A DNA stretch of 63,669 nt, filler included, from Dugesia japonica (lineage: Eukaryota): assembly GCA_001938525.1 (NCBI GenBank). It is 5 parts of 5 records of this genome, joined end to end, with 100 filler letters (N's around TTAATTAATTAA, not from the genome) between each part and the next. Parts side by side here need not be neighbours in the genome. Positions count along the whole stretch, not along the records: positions 46,238 to 54,444 come from MQRL01590666.1; positions 54,545 to 63,669 come from MQRL01419762.1; 3 more parts are not named here. The stretch is one strand, 5' to 3'. Positions 53,991-63,669 of this stretch are shown here, in pieces (position 1 is the stretch's first letter; each line of letters starts with the position of its first letter). The position numbers were made by a program, and so were the translations under genes. Under the pieces are notes generated by a model. The model worked only from the letters and a program-made list of their open reading frames with translations, was not told the origin of the DNA and searched no databases.

Positions 53991-54397
53991 GAGCAAACAA
54001 AAATAAACCTTCATAAACCTTATATTACACGTTTGCTATGTAAATAATTCCCTCATAAATCTTATATTATACATCTGTTATGCAAATAACAAGGGGTAAC
54101 TATGCAAATAATACCCTCATAAGCTTTATATTACACAGTTACTAGCAGCTGTTAAAAATCTCGGCATGTTGTTGCTACACAACTTTCTGATTTCCATTTG
54201 TTCTAGAAGCAGCTGGACTGTTCTATTGCACATATTCAACCTCTCAGATAGCTGCATTTTAGTAATTTCTTCACTTATTTTTACAGGTCTTCCACTTTTG
54301 GTTGCATCGAAAATACTTATTCGATCCGATGAAAATTCTTAGATCCAGTTATATGGGATGCAGAACTACTTTCAACAAGGAATAACAAATTAAATTG

Positions 54398-54399
<2 letters not shown>

Positions 54400-54444
<45 letters not shown>
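54400..54444. repeat. (ATT)n microsatellite at contig end
   Basis: Direct observation. Confidence 0.9.
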
Positions 54445-54544
54445 NNNNNNNNNNNNNNNNNNNNNNNNNNNNNNNNNNNNNNNNNNNNTTAATTAATTAA
54501 NNNNNNNNNNNNNNNNNNNNNNNNNNNNNNNNNNNNNNNNNNNN
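54445..54544. other. Artificial contig linker
   Basis: 44N-TTAATTAATTAA-44N. Confidence 0.95.
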
Positions 54545-56027
54545 CCTTTATTTAATAATTCAATTTGTTTGTTAGTAAATGTGTATTCTGTTAAATTTTA
54601 GAACGGAATAACTGTTGTGTTTTCACTATCATCTGAGTGTAGAATTGTTTTTTTTCTCTGTCCACTCAACATTAATGAAAAATATTAAAGAATATAGTAA
54701 AACCTAACTTTGATAAGAAATAATTGAATATGTATTACTTATTTGTCAATATGTTCTAAATAATAAATTATAATGTAGTGGAGACTATTTACAACAATCG
54801 ATTTATTGAATAAAGCTGGTTTAATGGTCTAATATTCAATGATAAAACCAATAGTTTCATTATAAAGCTCATATTTTCTTGTTAAAACCAGTATTTTCAT
54901 GATAAAATCCCTGTTTTCCATTAAACCTATATTTTTAATGTTGAAACAAGTATTTCTAATAATAAGACCCGTACTTTTTATGTTGAACTCATATTTTCTA
55001 ACAACTTCACTGATAATAAGGTAAAAGTTGGATTTTTAATGAATCACCTAAATTGGAATAAAATTTTTAATACTACTTATTGTTATAAGTATTAAATTTG
55101 AAGAAAAACGATTTTGGAGAAACATATTGAAATATTGTTTTTATGGAAAATATTCAATCTGATTTTTTCAAACTTATTTCTGAGGATCTTAATCGAATAA
55201 ATGTAATAATTTCTGACTTTTGTTTGTTAAATGGAAGTTCGATATCTAATGTCACTTCTCTTCCAGTGACAAATTCCAGAAAAAATGAAAATAATTGATG
55301 AAAATATTTGTTCAGTGTTAAAGGGGGTCTAAAAATTGAATATTTGTAATGAAGTTAAAAATAGAGTTGATTTGAAACCTGGTAAAGGTAAGGGTGGGAT
55401 CTCAGAAATTCAGTTTTTTTAACTTAAAAAAAGCGACCAGCAAAAATGAAAAATTCCTCAACAAAACCTGTTGAATCGAAAATCTGAAATACCTTGCATT
55501 GCTTTGCTTCTTGCGTATTGGTTCTGAGAATATCTGAACATTTATATTCTACCAATGGAGATCACACATAATCTTATAGCATAAAATAAGGAATTTATCA
55601 TTGATAACATAAATTTTTAAACAATTAAACTTTGTTGTCTCTGTTATTCCAAATGATAATTGTTGGTGTTAATTAGTTTATTCATTAACTTTAAAACTAA
55701 GCTACGTGTTTAATTTGAATGACCCTAAAATAACTGATTGTCTATGAGTTATAGAAAAAAATATTATAAACTAACTTATCAACTTTTTCTGGGTAACAAT
55801 ATTTGTTTTACTAGAAATCACGACATTCTTCACATTACTCATGCTACTATTAAACTTTTGTATATTGCTGCTGCGTTCATTCAGCAAATTGAGAGCATGA
55901 TTACAAAAATGTATTCACAAACATGTGTGACGAGACATCAGTAAAACTCCACGATATCAATAGTAAAATTAAAAATGATTCTATTATTAAATTTTTTAAT
56001 AATCTTTAACTGTCAAAACATTTTGTT

Positions 56028-58216
56028 TTGCTAGATAGCACTACGTGTAACGCTATTTTAGATGGTTGCACTGAACATATGCTTGATTATTTAAATTTCG
56101 ATAACTTTTGTAATGCAAAAATGAATTTTGTAAACTTTCGTCCACCAAAATCTCATTGTTTGCTATTGATTATCGATTATGAAATGTCTGAGCACTACTT
56201 ACTTAATCCGACGACTCTTATTGAATCTAAGAGTCACTTGGAAATGAGTAACAATTTACTTCTGAAAATTAATGAAATCGCTTGTCGTGAGAATTACTTT
56301 TCTGAATTCAACAACTGTTCACATGATGTGCGAGGTTCTGATTTGTTTTTTTATTAAGCATTTTGCATTTGACCATTCACTTAACAATCTAAACATCAAA
56401 GAAATTGGTACGGTACTTGATGGGCTATGTCTTCCAAGTGATGAAAGTAATCAAGTTGAAATGTTTAATACCTCAAAGCCTCAAATACAGACAGTAAAGC
56501 TTAGTAAAGAAAATCGCATAACAAATGCAAACAAAATACTAGTCGAGATCGAAAATCTGGATCCTGACTCAATTATTTAGATAATAAAAAATCAATGCTT
56601 AAAGTCTATTGAAGCTCAAATAGCTAAAAAACCTTTCCTTGGTAAAGAAAAACTCAAATTAAATATTGATAAATATAAACTTAGATCAGATTACAATAAG
56701 AACATGAAGAAAACAGTCTACTTTCAGAAGAAGATTCAATAAATGTGAAACCATCAATATATGATATTGAGAAATACTTTCATCATGATGAACCATATAA
56801 ATTCAAGTGGAATCTTCAGGAAAGATATGTCAGAAGACCTCTATCTCCATTAACACTTGATCAAATTCATCCTTGCGATATTTTTAATTAATTGAAATAG
56901 AAAATACCACTCCAGGACTGGACAACATCACCTATAAAGATATTAAGCATTTCGATCCCGAAGGAACATTACTTTGCTACCTGTACAATAAAATTATATC
57001 TAATGATACCATACCAAATGCTTGGAAATCATTCAAAACTATTCTAATTCCAAAGCCTGATAAGAAGAATTTGTATAATAGGATTTCATCCGGGCGGCCA
57101 AATGCTTTACTGCCATTATATACAAAATATTTGCAGCAATTCTTACTAGACGACTGAATTGGTGGATTAAAGAAAATAATCTTCTTCGTCAATTTCAAAA
57201 AGTTGGCTCTGAACATGAAGGATGTGTTGAACACAACACAATTTTTACAGCGGCTTTAGAATAATCAAAATACAATAAATCCTGTCCAATTGCTATAGCT
57301 TGGATGGATATAAAAGACGCTTGCGGAAGCATTCCTCATGAATACATGTGGTCATTGTTACGCTGTGTTGGAATAGATGAGGCCTTCATTAATATTGTAA
57401 GAACCCTATACACAAACGCTAGCTCAATATATAGCTGTGGCAACATAGTAACTCAAAGAATTCACATAAAAAAAAGGTGTCGAACAGGGTTGTTCACTCT
57501 CAATGACACTCTTTGTCATAGTAAAATATCCAGTGTTAGAAGTTTTCAGATACACACCAAATGTTCCTAGATTTATGCTTGGTTATTCTGAAATACAAGT
57601 CTTGGCATATGCTGATGATATTTCACTGATAGCAAACAACGTTGAAAATCTACAAAAGTTAATCAACCAAGCAACATTTATTGCAATGAAAATTCGCCTG
57701 GAATTTTAGCCAGATAAGTGTGCTTATCATGTGAATATCATGGATGAAATCTCAATTTTTAAAAGGAAAATAAAAAAGCTTGCCACTAACGAATTTAATT
57801 AATACCTTGGTGTTCCAATTTGAAAGTCCACTGATCAAACACTTTATCAAACGTTATCAACTGTTGTATATGATGCTGAAAAGTTGACAAATTCTGATTT
57901 ATAAGGTTGGCAAAAACTAAAATCATGCAAAGTGTTTCTTCATTCTAGATTGATATTTCCGTTCCGCACTAGGGACATTAAAACAAAAGCTTTAACTGCA
58001 CCTAATTGTAACCCTCATTACAATTTTAATATTACTAGTAAATTAAGGGATCAATTACGGACAATGATGAATCTACCAAGACATCTAGAAATCGCTTACT
58101 TTTATTGTTCAGCAGGAGATGAGGGAGTGAACTGTGTTGATCTGTTGGATGAATACTATACACAAGGTATTGTCCAAGAGTTTCGAATGTTAACAACAAA
58201 TTGTAAAGAAATTTAA
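56028..58216 (+). mobile_element. Decayed non-LTR retrotransposon, RLE type (NeSL/Utopia/R2-like) reverse transcriptase
   Basis: TTPGLDNITY, IPNAWKSFKTILIPK, YKIFAAILTRRL, EGCVEH, AWMDIKDACGSIPH, KGVEQGCSLS, LAYADD, YLGVP, GWQKL..KVF. The 5' boundary is uncertain. Confidence 0.85.
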
Positions 58217-60574
58217 AAAATCAATAGAGATCATTCAAACTATTTGGTGCAACTCTTGATGAACCGTTCGATGTCACCGGAAATTTCCTGTTTGTATGGC
58301 TTCTTGAATGATGCTCATTGAAGCGTTGATGGCCATCTTAGTAACTTATGAGTTTTCAGTCAAATCTATTTGACTAATTAATACAATAACAATTCAAATA
58401 TTTTCATGCTTCTTAATACTTAAACAAAATTTTTACACATTTTAAAAAATTCTTTCAATCTTTTATTAAAATTGTTAATTTCGATTCTTTAATTTTTTTC
58501 AATCCTTGATTTAAATGACTTGATTAAAATTTATATTGGATTGTCCATAAATAATTTAATTAGACTTCAGTCAAAAAATATTCTGTTAAAAGAATTAAAA
58601 AGAAAAAGAGCATGGTGATTTTGAAATTATATATGTAAAAAGATAATCTAACATAGTTCACTCTAATCTAGATATAAACAAATAATTCACATAAAAAAAA
58701 ACACCAAGAATAAAAAAATACAAATACTTGCAACATATTTTTTATCAAAATAATATATCAAATTAATCTTGTTTTAGGAAATATCAATATGACTTTTGTT
58801 GATCATAAAACATAACTGTTCTTTGTAATGCTCCCTAAAAACGTTATAATAACGTATAACTTAATAAAATAGATAATTGCATAAAAAAATTAAATATTTA
58901 TTTAAAATTATAAGTCTTTATAAACGGTGATTGTAAAAATTGAAACAAACACACATTATGAAACAGAACCCTTACAATGAGAAACAAGGTTAATGCCAAA
59001 AAAGAAAATTGATATCTACTTCATCCAATTTTTGAGAATGTTGAACTGCAATCAATAAATACACACAGTCTCTTGTATTAATCAATATTTCTGGTTACAA
59101 TTGATACATGTAACTTTATAGATATGAATTTATCCAAGAATGCCATTTCAATAGAATGTTAAGGTAATATAAATCGTAACCAAAAAACGTAACCCCAGTT
59201 TTTTTATATGAAGATATAAAATATGATCGAACGCACACACAATGCCAAGTGACTAATCTCACGGGTGACTTCATTATAGCGGATCTAACGCTATAGAAAA
59301 TTTGATCTCATGGGTAATATAAAGTAAAGTGGTTATTATTATATTGCATTTTGCATTTCTCGTTATAAATAACTTATTGATTTTTATTAAAAAATAACAC
59401 TAATCAAAATTATTTCAGAAAGTTTTTTTAAAAATATAATTTGTTAACGTTGTATTTTAAACAATAGATAGAATGGTATAAAACTTAATATTTTTTAAGA
59501 TCTTTAACAACAAAATTGAATGAATTTTTAGAAGTTCAAATAATATCTAAATTATCTGAAACACAAGTACGTGATAATGGATAATTGTATAGCTCATAAA
59601 ACCGCGTCTTTCGAAAATTTGTGCACTCACAATAGAAAGTTTTGAAATTTATTTTTATTTATTTAAAAAGCATTTGATGTGTCCATAGTGTCCATAAAAA
59701 TGAATGGAGATGCATAAAAAATGTAATCTATGCATATCTCGAAAAAAATTTCGTGAAAGATTAAACTGTAAAGAAGGATTATCCGTTTAATAAAAATAAT
59801 TTAATAATATCAATTTAAATCTTTATTTACCAAAATCTTAAATATTCAATTTCGTAAATATAAACCATTAACCTAAACATAAACAAATTTGTTTAGTTGG
59901 ATTGTGAAATGTGAATCATATATCAAAAGTGGCAATAAGAAACTGTGTTGAGAAAGCAATTTCAATATGTAAATCTACGTCAAGTGGCCTTATCAATTAT
60001 GAGATTATAGACAAATTGAAAAGATTATTCAACAGAAATCTATAATTTATTGCAATGTATGCATAAAACAAAACAGGTTGAAGTTAAGAAGAACAAGGAC
60101 GTTCTTCTGGTATTTACATTTAAATTACAATGATGCTTTTGTTGGAGTTTCCAACACAAAAACTAATTTCAATAATTAAAATTGTAATTGATAAACTAAT
60201 CTGATATTGTAAAAGATGAGGAAATAAAAATATATTTATAAATTTATATTTTTAAATTTAAGTTTTTATATTTTTATTTATATATTTATAAAAAATATAA
60301 AATATAATATATAAAAAATATAAAATAGAAGAAATATATATAAATTTAGGGTTTTCTTTGATTTCAATGTCTATTTTAGAATAGATGAATAGAATATAAG
60401 TTATTTAAATAATAATTATTATTTAATGATTATTTTACTGTATTCCGACTACATTTATTTAGAATAGGATATTAGATTTATGTATATTGTAAAAAATCTT
60501 TAACTTTCATTGTAAAGTAGTTTTTAAAAGCAATGTTAAATTTTTTGTATATTGAGGCGAAATCATTAAAATTA

Positions 60575-60690
60575 TTTATTAAATATTTTTACTTTAATGA
60601 TATAAGAAATTTATTAAATATTTTTACTTTAATGATATAAGAAATTTATTAAATATTTTTACTTTAATGATATAAGAAATTTATTAAATA
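60575..60690. repeat. 34-bp tandem repeat x3, followed by an ~80-bp duplication
   Basis: tttattaaatatttttactttaatgatataagaaa repeated. Confidence 0.85.
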
Positions 60691-62344
60691 AACATAAAAT
60701 TTGACGTACTTAAGTATTTACAAAACTAAACTTTTTTAAATATTTTTAATTAAATCATAAAATAAATTTGTTAAATAATCATAAAAATTTTACGTAAGTA
60801 AATATTTACAAAACTAAACTTTTTTAAATATTTTTTATTAAATCATAAAAGAAATTTAGAAATATAAAAATTTATGTATTTAAATGTTTACAAAAACTAA
60901 ACTTTAAATTTATAATTTTATAAATAAAAAAATTAATTAAATATATTTTTTTGTAATTTTCTTTAAAACATTTTGATATGGTGTTTTGAAATTTTAGTTA
61001 AAAAATTATTTCTATAAACTAATATTTTTTGTTAAAGTCTCAGTTATAAAACTTTTAAATTTGTTTAAAAAGTCAAATTGATATGTTGTGTTTTTTGTTG
61101 TTGTCTTAAATAAATTTTAGAATGAAGTGTTCAATTTCTAAATGCAAAGATAAATGTTACAAATTTATCTAATATTCATTTTATCAAAGTAGAAAAACTC
61201 ACTTGCATAATCCTTTTGATTTATAGATTTTATTTCGACAATTAAAATCTTGAAAATTGTTATCGGATACCATAATAGGACACTTTTTTAAACGTGACTT
61301 TTTTGGTAAAACTACATTGTTACTCTAAATTAACATCCATTAATTTTCTAAAATATTTTTTAAAAAGTATAAATTCAAATTTGTTTTAATTCAAAATTAT
61401 TATCACTGAAAATATATTAGTAGCAAAGAATTTTTCTATCGGATACGTGAAGATAGTAGACATTCTCTAGAAATTAAATTTTAAATCTTTTTAAATGCAA
61501 ATTAATTTTTTCACGTGCAATGAGCGCTTATAAACACTTGAAAATATCGGTGACGTAACTCCTATCAGCGTCCATATGCGCCTATCTATGACTGTCAATT
61601 TACATAGCAAACACGCGTGTATTATGCCGGTACATAGAGAACTGTTAAACATATGCCCAAAAACAGCTTTATTGAAATGTTGCCAATAGTCGCAGCCTGG
61701 TACTAACTGAAAAGGGTCTAAGGTTGCAGCAGCAAAAAGATTCAATTAAATTTGATAACATTTTTAATTGTTGAAAATTTTGCAAAATTCCGAAAGTGAT
61801 TATCTAAAATAAAAGGAAAATAATTTGTTTATTATAAACATATTTGATATTTGGTGTAGAAGGCTACTTCTTATTTAATTATAATAAATCCAATAAATTT
61901 ACGAACCAATGCCGCTTAAAGCTATTAAGAAGGATTTCTTAACTGTGAGTTCAAGCAATTAATATAAGTTTCACTTTTATCAATTAAATTATAATACTAT
62001 ACATATATTGAAGCGTATATATTAACGGTGTACATAACCTTCTATTTAGTTACTAATGCACAAAACATTAACAATAAAAATAAAATGGTTGTATTTTTTT
62101 TATTTAGAATAATACGTGTTAAGTAATGTATATACATTTTACTTAGACCGCAATTAATTTAATCAAATGTGTTACGTAATTCTTCAATTGATAATTTATT
62201 TTCAAAATCCCAACTATTTTTAGACATAATTATTTCAATTCACACAGCTATTTCACTTATATTCTCAAATGATAATAGAACCATTAAAATATTAATATAC
62301 AATTAAATCGCTTTTTATTAGCTTTAATTATTTATTAATAATTA

Positions 62345-63435
62345 TTTCCTCAATTCTTTCTAATCGCTGTCCATTTTCTCCTTGTACCGCATACCGTCTT
62401 TCTTGAATTTCTCAATTATTCGATAAGGACCTTTAAATCTGTCATGCTTTTATTTCTTGTTTCTACCTTGATGAGTACAAAATCGCCCACTTTGAATTCT
62501 CTTTTAGTAGTCACTTCTGAAATTTTCCTTATTTTCCTCTGAAACGTCTGATTCATACCACTTTTCTCTGATAATTTTCTTTCCAAAAACGATTTTAACC
62601 GGGCTCTTTCCAGTCGTCTTCTGCTTTGTTGCATTCGTCGTAAATTATATTTCGGGTTAAAGATCTGCCCAATCTGTTGTCTTTTTCTCCCGAAGTGTCA
62701 CATTAATTAAATCTCGAACTGTCCAGAACTGTCTCTCAATTTTTTCGCTTGCATTGTGATAATAGGGACTTGAAATGCAAAGTTTAATATCTAGCTTCAG
62801 TGCAAACTCTCTCATAACTCTGGAATCCAATGCTTTCCCACAATCTAGTATTATATCTTTTGAACATCCCAATTTTAATATCCACTTCTCAAAAACAGCT
62901 TTTCGTATTGTTTCCTCGTCTTGTCTAGACAATTTTATAAGAACTAGATATTTACTTTACTGGTCTATTATTTCAAGAATATATTTTTTCCGTTCACTTG
63001 TTTCTAGCATTGGTCAACATATATCTGTAAATATAATTTCAAACAAATTGGTAGCTTCTAACTTCTTTGTCTTCTCTTTAGTTGCTGTCGTCACTACTTT
63101 GGTCTTTCACAACTATAAACTATCTTCTGTATTTGACTCCACAAATTCTTTGCAATTTATTTCTTTCTCATATATTCATATACCTTCTCACCTCCTGCAT
63201 GACATAACAATTTGTGTATTTCTTTTATTTTTACATGAATTTTTTCATCCGGAATTTTAATTTTCTTGATTATATCATTTTCTTCAGAAATCTTTGATTG
63301 ATTCTTTTTATCTTTTTCAATTATGTTTAATATTCTCGTTTTAATCTTCTCTTTCTTGGCATCTTCATTTGACATTTGACACTGTACACATATTCACATC
63401 TTCGTCTAGATAACATATCTGCATTACCTTGTTGA
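62345..63435 (-). mobile_element. Gypsy pol remnant (RNase H end + integrase)
   Basis: GNADMLSR; HKLLCHAG; KWILKLGCSKDIILDCGK; SPYYHNASEKIER; FKVGDFVL; FKGPYRII. Confidence 0.85.
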
Positions 63436-63464
63436 ATTTCTTTTCTATATTCTAAAACCATGCC

Positions 63465-63585
63465 TAAACGGTCATAAGACTTATGGTCATAGATCGTTTG
63501 GTCAAAGGACAATTGATAATGACCATATATTCATAAGGACTGTTGGTCATAAAGGCAAACGGTCATAGGATGCTTGGGCACTGTA
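63465..63585. repeat. GGTCATA-containing short repeats (transposon subterminal-like)
   Basis: Several ggtcata units at ~15-bp spacing. Confidence 0.45.
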
Positions 63586-63600
63586 CTGTTATTACGCTAT

Positions 63601-63601
63601 A

Positions 63602-63669
<68 letters not shown>
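63601..63669. repeat. (AAT)n microsatellite
   Basis: Direct observation. Confidence 0.95.

Noticed and set aside
62775-63260. 161-aa plus-strand ORF
   Set aside because: Antisense to the Gypsy integrase.

Overview
Very AT-rich eukaryotic (invertebrate animal) draft assembly. The ~43-51 nt introns, eEF2K and transposon repertoire are compatible with a planarian-like flatworm, but the species is not determinable from the sequence. Four identical 100-bp linkers (44N-TTAATTAATTAA-44N) split the window into five pieces (1-14005, 14106-32108, 32209-46137, 46238-54444, 54545-63669), so adjacency across them is unverified. Host genes: a spliced multi-C2H2 zinc-finger gene (-), the first two coding exons of eEF2 kinase (-), and the last two exons (kinase C-lobe + SAM) of an Eph receptor (+). 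The rest is mostly decayed mobile DNA: a Tigger/pogo element with a nested solo LTR, several Gypsy remnants, mariners, MITE/foldback elements, Penelope-like elements with hammerhead-ribozyme relics, an R2/NeSL/Utopia-like retrotransposon and a Polinton fragment. The most unusual item is a Gypsy element whose integrase runs in frame into a signal peptide and then (via one frameshift and an N gap) an FN3-like domain, a stalk and a transmembrane helix. This looks like a cell-surface protein sitting in the env position.
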